DNA from: an uncultured Allofournierella sp.
GTDB taxonomy: Bacteria; Bacillota; Clostridia; Oscillospirales; Ruminococcaceae
Assembly: GCF_944382705.1 (NCBI RefSeq)
Contig: NZ_CALWNE010000046.1
Length of the DNA: 64,000 nucleotides
Direction: 5' to 3' (one strand)
Part shown: positions 17,356-25,423 of the stretch, in pieces
Numbering within the stretch: position 1 is the first letter of the stretch
How the letters are laid out: the number at the start of each line of letters is the position of its first letter
The notes under the pieces: model-generated
Told to the model about the DNA's origin: nothing
The model's input: the letters and a program-made list of their open reading frames with translations, nothing else
Database searches by the model: none
Position numbers and translations under genes: made by a program

Positions 17356-19726
17356 CCAACGACCTCTGTTTGAATCAAACCGCTGCCAGCGTATGGATGG
17401 CGCCATGGGCACCATGTTACAGCAGGCGGGCCTTACCCCTGGCGAGCATCCGGATGTATGGAATATTACCCATCCCCAGCAGGTGCAGGCCATTCACAAG
17501 GCTTATCTGGCGGCAGGCACAAACCTGCTGAGTACCAATACCTTTGGGGCAAACTGCAAAAAGCTGGCCGGTACCGGGTATACGGTGGCCCAGGTGATTG
17601 AGGCCGCAGTGGACTGTGCCCGCAAGGCCAGTGAGGGGACAGGGGCACGGATTTTGTTGGATGTGGGGCCGCTGGGAGAGATGCTTCAGCCGTTGGGAAC
17701 GCTGCCCTTTGAGGAAGCCTGCAACGCCTTTAAAGAGGTGGTGCAGGCCGGTGCCCGGGCCGGAGTGGATGCCATTTATTTTGAAACCATGACCGACCTG
17801 GCAGAGGTGAAGGCGGCGCTGGTGGCTGCGAAGGAAACCTGTGACCTGCCGGTGATGGTTTCCATGAGTTTTGAGCAGAACGGCCGCACCTTTGTGGGCT
17901 GCCCGGCGGAAAGCTTTGGCCTGATGGCCCAGGGGCTGGGTGCAGCGGCAGTGGGCATTAACTGCTCGCTGGGGCCGGCGGAAATTCTGCCTACCGCCCG
18001 TCGGCTGGCAGAAAGCTGTACCCTGCCGGTGTTTATTAAAGCCAATGCTGGTTTGCCGGACCCTTTGACCGGGGCATACAGCATGGATGCTGCCACCTTT
18101 GCCCAGCAAATGGAGGAATACCTGCCTCTGGGGCTTGCGGCTATGGGTGGCTGCTGCGGAACTTCGCCGGAGTACATTCAGGCATTGGGAAGCCTGGCTG
18201 ACCGGATGGTGCCCCGTACCCCCAGTGATGCTCCTCTGCCGGGGCGGGTGTGCTCTGGTATGCAGGTGGTGACCGTGCGCCCCGGTACCGTGATTGGCGA
18301 GCGCATTAACCCCACCGGCAAAAAGAAGATGAAGGAAGCTCTGCGCACTGGCGATTTGGGCTATCTGCTGGGACAGGCGGTGGAACAGGCCCAGGCCGGG
18401 GCGCAGATTTTGGATGTGAATGTGGGTCTGCCGGAAATTGACGAGGTGGAGATGATGCGCCGGGCCGTTGTGGCCATTCAGGGAGTAACCGAGCTGCCCT
18501 TGCAGCTGGACTCCACCCAGCCGGAGGTTTTGGAAGCAGGTTTGCGGGTATACACCGGCAAGCCCATTGTAAACTCGGTGAACGCAGAGCCGGCGGTGCT
18601 GCAAGCCATTTTGCCTTTGTGCAAAAAATACGGCGCAGCCGTGGTAGGTTTGACCCTGGGGGATGGGGGGATTCCTTCTAAGGCGGAGGAACGGTTTGAG
18701 CTGGCCCGCAGCATCTGGCAGGCCTGCCAGCAGGCGGGAATCCCCAAAGAGGATGTATACATTGACTGCCTTACCCTCACAGCCAGTGCCCAGCAGGAGG
18801 ATGTATGGGAAACCGTGAAGGCGGTGCGTTTGGTAAAGGAAGAACTGGGCCTTAAAACAGTTCTGGGTGTTTCAAACATTTCCTTTGGTTTGCCCCAGCG
18901 GCCTCAGTTAAACACTGCATTTTTGAGCACAGCACTGGCCAACGGCCTGGATGCACCCATCATGAACCCCAACGAGCCTTCTATGATGGCAGCAGTGAGG
19001 GCGTTCCGGGTGTTTACCGCTCAGGATGCCCATGCCCAGGAGTATATTGAGGCCTACGGCAACCAACCGGCTGCATCGGCTGCACCAGCAGCAGAGCCAG
19101 GCCAGCCCATGTCCCTGACCGAAGCAGTGTTCAAGGGGCTGGAAAGCCAGGCCCGCCAGGCTGCTATCGAGGCTCTGGCTACAACTGCCCCGGAAGAACT
19201 GGTGAACCAGGTGCTGATTCCCGCATTGGACGAGGTGGGCGATGCCTTTGAAAAGGGTACCTGCTTTTTGCCCCAGCTGCTGCAATCTGCCACCGCCGCC
19301 CAGGCTGCCTTTGAGCAGGTGCAGCTGGCCATTCAGCGGCAGGGCTTTGAGGGGGCAAAAAAAGGCCCCATTATAATTGCCACAGTAAAGGGCGATATTC
19401 ACGACATTGGAAAAAATATCGTGAAGGTGATCTTGGATAACTACGGGTATCAGGTGATTGACCTGGGCAGGGATGTGCCGCCGGAACAGGTGGTGGATGC
19501 GGTTCGGCGCACCGGCGCCCCACTGGTTGGCTTGAGCGCCCTCATGACCACCACGCTGCCTTCCATGGCGCAAACGGTGGAGCAGCTGCGGCAGGCTGGC
19601 CTGAGCTGTAAGGTGATGGTGGGCGGCGCTGTGCTGACGCCGGAATATGCCCAAACCATTGGAGCGGATTATTATGTGCGGGATGCCAAGGCCTCGGTGG
19701 ATGTGGCAAAACAGCTGCTGGGTTAA
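17348..19726 (+). CDS. metH: cobalamin-dependent methionine synthase core (Hcy-binding, pterin-binding and B12-binding domains, no activation domain)
   Basis: ...MDGAMGTMLQ (Hcy S-methyltransferase), ...GGCCGT (Zn site), ...ILDVNVG... (pterin), and the B12 motif ...GDIHDIGKNIV...GLSALMTT. I favour GTG 17348 (GGAAGGA RBS), which overlaps the upstream stop. ATG 17393 is the alternative. Confidence 0.9.
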   Translation: MCNQRPLFESNRCQRMDGAMGTMLQQAGLTPGEHPDVWNITHPQQVQAIHKAYLAAGTNLLSTNTFGANCKKLAGTGYTVAQVIEAAVDCARKASEGTGARILLDVGPLGEMLQPLGTLPFEEACNAFKEVVQAGARAGVDAIYFETMTDLAEVKAALVAAKETCDLPVMVSMSFEQNGRTFVGCPAESFGLMAQGLGAAAVGINCSLGPAEILPTARRLAESCTLPVFIKANAGLPDPLTGAYSMDAATFAQQMEEYLPLGLAAMGGCCGTSPEYIQALGSLADRMVPRTPSDAPLPGRVCSGMQVVTVRPGTVIGERINPTGKKKMKEALRTGDLGYLLGQAVEQAQAGAQILDVNVGLPEIDEVEMMRRAVVAIQGVTELPLQLDSTQPEVLEAGLRVYTGKPIVNSVNAEPAVLQAILPLCKKYGAAVVGLTLGDGGIPSKAEERFELARSIWQACQQAGIPKEDVYIDCLTLTASAQQEDVWETVKAVRLVKEELGLKTVLGVSNISFGLPQRPQLNTAFLSTALANGLDAPIMNPNEPSMMAAVRAFRVFTAQDAHAQEYIEAYGNQPAASAAPAAEPGQPMSLTEAVFKGLESQARQAAIEALATTAPEELVNQVLIPALDEVGDAFEKGTCFLPQLLQSATAAQAAFEQVQLAIQRQGFEGAKKGPIIIATVKGDIHDIGKNIVKVILDNYGYQVIDLGRDVPPEQVVDAVRRTGAPLVGLSALMTTTLPSMAQTVEQLRQAGLSCKVMVGGAVLTPEYAQTIGADYYVRDAKASVDVAKQLLG

Positions 19727-19937
19727 AGAGGTGTGGGCGTAATCGAGAGTGTTTCTTTTTTTTGTGAATATCCGGTGAAAAAAACGACATTGCTTGACTT
19801 TGGAAAAAATTAACGCCATTATAATAAGAGAGCAAGTGTTGTTGTTTTAAACACAAGGCTCTGTTTGGCGACTGTCCAAACAGGCCCCTGCCGATTTGAG
19901 GATGCGGCAGAATTGATTATGCAAAAAGGTGAGAGAG

Positions 19938-20954
19938 ATGAAATTATTGTCCATTGCGGTACCTTGCTACAACTCTCAGGAGTATATGAGGCACTGCATC
20001 GATACACTGCTGACTGGCGGCGAGGAAGTGGAAATTCTGGTGGTGAACGACGGCTCTAAGGATGAAACTGCCGCCATTGCCGATGAATACGCTGCGGCAT
20101 TCCCCAGTATTGTGCGGGCCATTCACCAGGAAAACGGCGGTCATGGTTCGGCAGTTATGGCTGGTTTGAAGAATGCCACCGGCCAGTACTTTAAGGTGGT
20201 GGACAGTGATGACTGGGTCAATGAGGAGGCCCTGGGCAAGGTGCTGTTTACCCTGCGGAAATTTATGACCGAAAACACCCCGGTGGATTTGCTGGTTAGC
20301 AACTTTGTGTACGATAAGGTGGGTATGCGGCACAAAAAGGTAATGCGGTACGCCAATGTGCTGCCGGAACAGCAGATTCTCAGTTGGGATGATGTGGGCC
20401 GTTTGCGCCGCAGCCAGTACATTATGATGCATGCGGTTACCTATCGCACCCAGCTGCTGCGGGACAGCGGGCTGGATTTACCCAAACATACCTTCTATGT
20501 GGATAACCTGTTTGTGTATGTGCCCATGCAGTATGTAAAGAGCATTTACTACCTGAATGTGGATTTTTACCACTACTTCATTGGCCGCAACGACCAGTCT
20601 GTAAACGAAAGCGTTATGATTAAGCGCATTGACCAGCAGATTAAGGTTAACAAGATGATGCAGCAGCAGGTGGATTTAAAATCCATCTCCAACAAGCGGC
20701 TGCGCCAGTATCTGTACAACTACTTTGAAATCATTACAGTAGTATCCTCGGTACTTATGATTCGCAGCGGCACCAAAGAAAACCTGGAGAAAAAGCGGGA
20801 GCTGTGGGACTACCTGAAGAAGGCAGATCCCTGGCTGTATTACCGGCTGCGCCGTGGTTTTATGGGGGCTGTGCTCACCATGGATAACCCCATGGCGCAT
20901 GGGTTTGCCATGGGCTGCTACAAAATTACCCAAAAGCTGTTTGGCTTTAACTGA
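19938..20954 (+). CDS. family 2 glycosyltransferase
   Basis: MKLLSIAVPCYNSQEYMRHCIDTLL...EILVVNDGSKDET...VVDSDDW (GT-A DxD). Confidence 0.85.
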   Translation: MKLLSIAVPCYNSQEYMRHCIDTLLTGGEEVEILVVNDGSKDETAAIADEYAAAFPSIVRAIHQENGGHGSAVMAGLKNATGQYFKVVDSDDWVNEEALGKVLFTLRKFMTENTPVDLLVSNFVYDKVGMRHKKVMRYANVLPEQQILSWDDVGRLRRSQYIMMHAVTYRTQLLRDSGLDLPKHTFYVDNLFVYVPMQYVKSIYYLNVDFYHYFIGRNDQSVNESVMIKRIDQQIKVNKMMQQQVDLKSISNKRLRQYLYNYFEIITVVSSVLMIRSGTKENLEKKRELWDYLKKADPWLYYRLRRGFMGAVLTMDNPMAHGFAMGCYKITQKLFGFN

Positions 20955-20965
20955 CAAAACAACAC

Positions 20966-21010
20966 AAAACCGCCCGGTCATAGTTTGCACACTGACCGGG
21001 CGGTTTTGTA
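20966..21010. terminator. bidirectional terminator between the convergent GT2 gene and sigK
   Basis: aaaaccgcccggtca (20966-20980) pairs with tgaccgggcggtttt (20993-21007). Confidence 0.7.
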
Positions 21011-21028
21011 CTGCTGTCAAAGCAGATG

Positions 21029-21745
21029 TTATTGCCGCTGCTCCAGCATTTGCTGGCGCAATCGGCTTACAGCGGCTTTTTCGATGCGGCTGATATAGCT
21101 GCGGCTGATGCCCAGCATCTGCGCTACCTCCTGCTGGGTAAGGGGAGGCTGGCCGGAAAGGCCGTACCGCAGCAGAATTACCTGCCGGTCCCGGCCGCTG
21201 AGCTGTTCCACCATCTGCCGCAGCAGGCGCTGTTCCTCCTGGCATTCGTAGGACTCATCCAGCACAAAGCTGTCCGGCACCACATCCAATACGGTAAGAC
21301 CGCCGCCCTCGCTGCCGGTTTCGATGGGCTCCTGCATGGAAACCGTGACAGGTGCTTTTTTCTCCCGGCGGAAACTCATAAGAATCTCGTTTTCGATGCA
21401 GCGGGATGCGTAGGTGGAAAAACGAATCTGCTTGGTGCTGTCAAAGCTGTTTACCGCTTTGATAAGCCCAATGGTGCCGATGCTGATTAAATCTTCTGCA
21501 TCGCCGGGGATGGCACAGTATTTTTTGGCGATGTGTGCCACCAGGCGCAGATTGTGCTTGATAATCCTGTCTCGTGCGGTCATATCCCCCTGGCGCAGAG
21601 CGGCAAAGGCTTCCACCTCCTGCCGTGGCGTAAGTGGTTTGGGAAAGCTGCTGCTTTCCAGATGCAGGGCCAGATAGAGCACCTGACCCACCAAAAAGTT
21701 AAAAAAGATGCCGAACAACTCAAAACCCCCTTTTGCTGTTTGCAT
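21029..21745 (-). CDS. sigK: sporulation sigma factor pro-sigma-K (uninterrupted)
   Basis: Hydrophobic pro-sequence ending ...SSSFPKPLTPRQE (B. subtilis pro-sigma-K has NAFPQPLS). HNLRLVAHIAKKY, GDAEDLISIGTIGLIKAV, TYASRCIENEILM and GISRSYISRIEK fit SigK better than SigE. Confidence 0.85.
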   Translation of the reverse strand: MQTAKGGFELFGIFFNFLVGQVLYLALHLESSSFPKPLTPRQEVEAFAALRQGDMTARDRIIKHNLRLVAHIAKKYCAIPGDAEDLISIGTIGLIKAVNSFDSTKQIRFSTYASRCIENEILMSFRREKKAPVTVSMQEPIETGSEGGGLTVLDVVPDSFVLDESYECQEEQRLLRQMVEQLSGRDRQVILLRYGLSGQPPLTQQEVAQMLGISRSYISRIEKAAVSRLRQQMLEQRQ

Positions 21746-21765
21746 AACAGATGCCTTTTTAATGG

Positions 21766-21798
21766 GTATGCGGTTTTTCGTAAATGTATGCGGTTTTT
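21766..21798 (-). promoter_or_regulatory. two 13-bp direct repeats (aaaaaccgcatac on the minus strand, period 20 bp), each carrying a CATAC mother-cell-sigma-like -10 box, upstream of sigK
   Basis: gtatgcggttttt occurs at 21766-21778 and again at 21786-21798. On the minus strand these read ...CATACATT... and ...CATACCCAT..., about 45 and about 25 nt upstream of the sigK ATG. Confidence 0.3.
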
Positions 21799-21988
21799 GC
21801 CAGAACCAGCACCGCCGCAGCTACTTGCGGGATTTTGCAAAATACAGTATGATTAGTGATAATTAGTGGTAAATCAAATAAAACAAAAAGGGATTGCTGC
21901 TGCTTTGCATCCAAAGCGGCGGAGCGTTTAGCTGCTGGGGATTGTGGAAACAGTGGCTGCTTTTGGAATCTAAAAGGGAAGTGACAAA

Positions 21989-22957
21989 ATGAAAACTCCT
22001 GTATTATACATGGTGATTCCCTGCTACAACGAGCAGGAAGTGCTGCCAGTAACCAGCGGCATGTTTTTGGAAAAATTGAACTGCTTGATTGAGCGGGGGC
22101 GCATTGCGCCTGAAAGCAGGGTAGTTTTTGTGAACGATGGTTCCAAGGACGATACCTGGCAGATGATTCAGAATCTGGCCCAGAGCGATGAGCATTTTGA
22201 GGGCATCTGCCTTTCCCGCAACCGGGGGCACCAGAATGCGCTTTTGGGCGGCCTGATGACGGTGAAGGATCGCTGTGATATCACCATCAGCATCGATTGC
22301 GATGGACAGGACGACATCAACGCCATGGATGCCATGGTGGAAGCCTACTGGGAAGGCTGTGATGTGGTATACGGAGTGCGTTCCAAGCGGGATACGGACA
22401 CCTTTTTTAAGCGGTTTACCGCAGAAGGTTTTTACAAGCTGATGAACTGGATGGGGGCACAGGTGGTGTTCAACCATGCAGATTATCGCCTGCTCAGCAG
22501 CCGTGCTCTCCATGAATTGGCCTGCTTTGAGGAAGTAAATATCTTTTTGCGGGGCATGGTGCCGCTGGTGGGCTTTAAAAGCACCAGCGTATACTACGAA
22601 CGGGCCGAGCGCATGGCGGGCGAAAGCCATTATCCCCTTAAAAAGATGCTGGCCCTTGCCTTTGACGGAATCACCAGCCTGTCGGTGAAGCCAATCCGGA
22701 TTATTACAGGATTTGGGGCATTCATCTCTCTGGTCAGCTTTTTGGGCGTGATCTGGGCGGTGATTCAGGGGTTGCTGGGTCATGCGGTAGCAGGATGGGC
22801 TTCCACCACCAGCATTGTGTGCTTTATGGGGGGCATTCAGCTGCTGTGCCTGGGTGTGATTGGTGAGTATATTGGCAAAATTTATATGGAAACCAAGCAT
22901 CGGCCCCGCTTTGTAATTCAGGAATGCACCTGGCAGGATAAACATGAGCCTTGTTAA
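21989..22957 (+). CDS. polyprenol-phosphate glycosyltransferase (GtrB/CsbB/ArnC-like GT2 with C-terminal TM hairpin)
   Basis: ...YMVIPCYNEQEVL..., ...VFVNDGSKDDTW..., ...LSRNRGHQNAL..., ...IDCDGQDD..., followed by two C-terminal TM helices. Confidence 0.85.
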   Translation: MKTPVLYMVIPCYNEQEVLPVTSGMFLEKLNCLIERGRIAPESRVVFVNDGSKDDTWQMIQNLAQSDEHFEGICLSRNRGHQNALLGGLMTVKDRCDITISIDCDGQDDINAMDAMVEAYWEGCDVVYGVRSKRDTDTFFKRFTAEGFYKLMNWMGAQVVFNHADYRLLSSRALHELACFEEVNIFLRGMVPLVGFKSTSVYYERAERMAGESHYPLKKMLALAFDGITSLSVKPIRIITGFGAFISLVSFLGVIWAVIQGLLGHAVAGWASTTSIVCFMGGIQLLCLGVIGEYIGKIYMETKHRPRFVIQECTWQDKHEPC

Positions 22958-22960
22958 CAC

Positions 22961-22996
22961 AAAAGAACCCGGCGGTCTGCCGGGTTCTTTTGTGTG
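22961..22996 (+). terminator. rho-independent terminator after the GtrB-like gene
   Basis: aaaagaacccggc (22961-22973) pairs with gccgggttctttt (22979-22991), followed by a T-rich run. Confidence 0.7.
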
Positions 22997-23117
22997 TGAA
23001 ACAGCCCGGGACCAGCTTAAAGAGCAAGAAAAGCTGTTCGCAGGGGGAAAGGACACCCTTGCCAGCTCCAAAAAGCAGGGAGCTTGGGGCAAAAGGTAAG
23101 CAAATTCTGTGATTTTG

Positions 23118-23146
23118 TTGCGGAATTTGGAGAAATAGAGTATGAT
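23118..23146 (+). promoter_or_regulatory. candidate promoter of the glf operon (TTGCGG-17-TATGAT)
   Basis: Hexamers at 23118-23123 and 23141-23146 with exactly 17 nt between them. This would give a leader of about 170 nt. Confidence 0.4.
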
Positions 23147-23325
23147 AAGATATGATTATAATCCGTTAGTGCGACCATTTTTATCCCTCTTTCAAGGGAA
23201 TCCGGTTTAAATCCACAAGTGGAGCCAAATGGCCCATGGGAGGGTGAGGCATCCGGAAGACAATGAGCGTATATAAAACAATTTGAAAGTACAATAAAAC
23301 AAAACCGAAACAAAGGAGTAAAGCA

Positions 23326-24432
23326 ATGAAAAAACAGTATGATTATCTGATTGTTGGCGCTGGCTTGTACGGTGCCGTATTCGCACAGGAACTGACCAAG
23401 GCAGGCAAAAGCTGCCTTGTAATTGATAAGCGGGACCATATTGCAGGCAACATCCGCACCTATGAGCTGGAGGGCATTCAGGTGCACCAGTACGGCGCAC
23501 ACATCTTTCATACCAACAACAAGGAGGTGTGGGACTACCTGAGCCAGTTTGCCACCTTCAACCGGTATACCAACAGCCCTGTGGCCAACTACAAGGGCGA
23601 GCTGTACAACCTGCCCTTCAACATGAACACCTTCAATAAGATGTGGGGCGTTATCACCCCTGCACAGGCAGAGGCTGAAATTGAGAAGCAGCGCAAGGCT
23701 ACCTACACCGAAAACCCCAAAAATCTGGAGGAGCAGGCCATCAACCTGGTGGGTGTGGATATCTACGAAAAGCTGATTAAGGGCTACACCGAAAAGCAGT
23801 GGGGTCGTCCCTGCACCGAGCTGCCTGCTTTTATTATCAAGCGGCTGCCGGTTCGGTTTACCTACGATAACAACTACTTCAATGCATTGTATCAGGGTAT
23901 TCCTGTGGGCGGTTACACTGCCATGGTGGAAAAAATGCTGGAAGGCGTGGAAGTGCGCCTGGGCCAGGATTACCTGGCAGACAAAGAAGCTTGGGATGCT
24001 TTGGCAGAAAAGGTGGTTTACACCGGCCCCATCGATGCTTATTTTGCCTATAAGCTGGGTGTGCTGGAGTATCGCAGTGTGCGGTTTGAGACCGAAGTGC
24101 TGAACGAAAGCAACTACCAGGGCAATGCAGTGGTAAACTACACCGATGCCGAAACTCCCTATACCCGCATCATTGAGTACAAGCACTTTGAGTTTGGCAC
24201 CCAGGAAAAAACCGTCGTCAGCCGGGAGTACAGCGCCGAGTGGAAGCTGGGCGATGAGCCTTACTACCCTGTGAATGACGAAAAGAACAGTGCCCTGTAT
24301 GCCCAATATAAGGCGCTGGCTGATGCACAGCCCAATGTAATTTTTGGCGGCCGCCTGGGCGAGTACCAGTACTATGATATGGATAAGGTCGTGGAAGTGG
24401 CACTGGCCAAGGTGCGTGCTCAGCTGGCCTGA
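23326..24432 (+). CDS. glf: UDP-galactopyranose mutase
   Basis: MKKQYDYLIVGAGLYGAVFA (FAD fold), ...HQYGAHIFHTNN..., ...NYKGELYNLPFNMNTF..., ...YTEKQWG... . 368 aa. Confidence 0.95.
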   Translation: MKKQYDYLIVGAGLYGAVFAQELTKAGKSCLVIDKRDHIAGNIRTYELEGIQVHQYGAHIFHTNNKEVWDYLSQFATFNRYTNSPVANYKGELYNLPFNMNTFNKMWGVITPAQAEAEIEKQRKATYTENPKNLEEQAINLVGVDIYEKLIKGYTEKQWGRPCTELPAFIIKRLPVRFTYDNNYFNALYQGIPVGGYTAMVEKMLEGVEVRLGQDYLADKEAWDALAEKVVYTGPIDAYFAYKLGVLEYRSVRFETEVLNESNYQGNAVVNYTDAETPYTRIIEYKHFEFGTQEKTVVSREYSAEWKLGDEPYYPVNDEKNSALYAQYKALADAQPNVIFGGRLGEYQYYDMDKVVEVALAKVRAQLA

Positions 24433-24447
24433 GAAAAGGAACATTTT

Positions 24448-25386
24448 ATGGAACGAATAGCAGCTGTGGTGGTTACCTATAACCGAAAAGAATTGCTTTT
24501 GCAGTGTATTAACCAGCTGTTGGCCCAGCAGCAGGTGCAGTGTGATGTGCTGGTGGTGGATAATGCCAGCACCGATGATACCCGGCAGGCTGTGGAGCAG
24601 CTGGAGCATCCCCGGCTTTTTTATAGAAATACCGGAAAAAACCTGGGCGGAGCCGGCGGATTCAACGCAGGAATGCGGTGGGCTGTGGAAGCGGGCTACG
24701 ACTATGTTTGGATTATGGATGACGATACCCTGCCCCAAGCAGATGCCTTGGCACAGCTTTGGAGTGCCCACCAACGGCTGCAAGGCAACTATGGCTTTTT
24801 GTCCAGCGTTGTTTTGTGGAAGGATGGTAAGGAATGCCGCATGAACCGGCAAAAAATCAAAAAATCCTACTACGACCATCTGGAACTGTTGCAGCACAGC
24901 CTGATTGAAATTGAACAGGCTACCTTTGTTTCGCTGTTCTTTCCTGCCGCAGTTGTGCAGCGAGTGGGCTTGCCCATTGCGGAGTATTTTATATGGGGCG
25001 ATGATATTGAGTATACCCGGCGCATCAGCGTGCGCCAGGGAATGCCCTGCTATCTGGTGGGCAGCAGCATTGTTACCCACCTTATGCAGAACAACACAGG
25101 CTCCAATATAGCAACGGATGTGCCGGAGCGGATTGACCGCTACCGGTTTGCATTCCGCAACGAGAACTACACCTATCGGCAGGAGGGTTTGGCCGGTGTG
25201 TGCTATTATCTGGCAAAATGCGGCTTGAATCTGGTGCGCATTGCAACCCAGGCAAAGAACCACCGCTGCAAACGCATGGGGGTTGTTCTTTCCAGCATGG
25301 TGAAAGGAACCTTTTTTAATCCTGCCATTGAATATCCTGCAAATGTTGCACACGCTGCACACCAAAACTATGCAACGCAGTGTTAA
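24448..25386 (+). CDS. family 2 glycosyltransferase (rhamnosyl/galactofuranosyl-transferase-like)
   Basis: ...AAVVVTYNRKELLLQCI..., ...VVDNASTDDT..., ...NLGGAGGFN..., ...WIMDDD... . Lies directly after glf. Confidence 0.8.
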   Translation: MERIAAVVVTYNRKELLLQCINQLLAQQQVQCDVLVVDNASTDDTRQAVEQLEHPRLFYRNTGKNLGGAGGFNAGMRWAVEAGYDYVWIMDDDTLPQADALAQLWSAHQRLQGNYGFLSSVVLWKDGKECRMNRQKIKKSYYDHLELLQHSLIEIEQATFVSLFFPAAVVQRVGLPIAEYFIWGDDIEYTRRISVRQGMPCYLVGSSIVTHLMQNNTGSNIATDVPERIDRYRFAFRNENYTYRQEGLAGVCYYLAKCGLNLVRIATQAKNHRCKRMGVVLSSMVKGTFFNPAIEYPANVAHAAHQNYATQC

Positions 25387-25423
25387 TATTTGAAATTGAT
25401 TCATCAACGAGGAGAACCAAACG

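Noticed and set aside
23190-23290. Calling the glf leader a cobalamin riboswitch feature.
   Set aside because: Only the AGGGAA...GGU..AAAUCC part resembles the core. I cannot find the B12 box or the CCCGC element, and the segment is short. It is kept as a finding to test, not annotated as an ncRNA.
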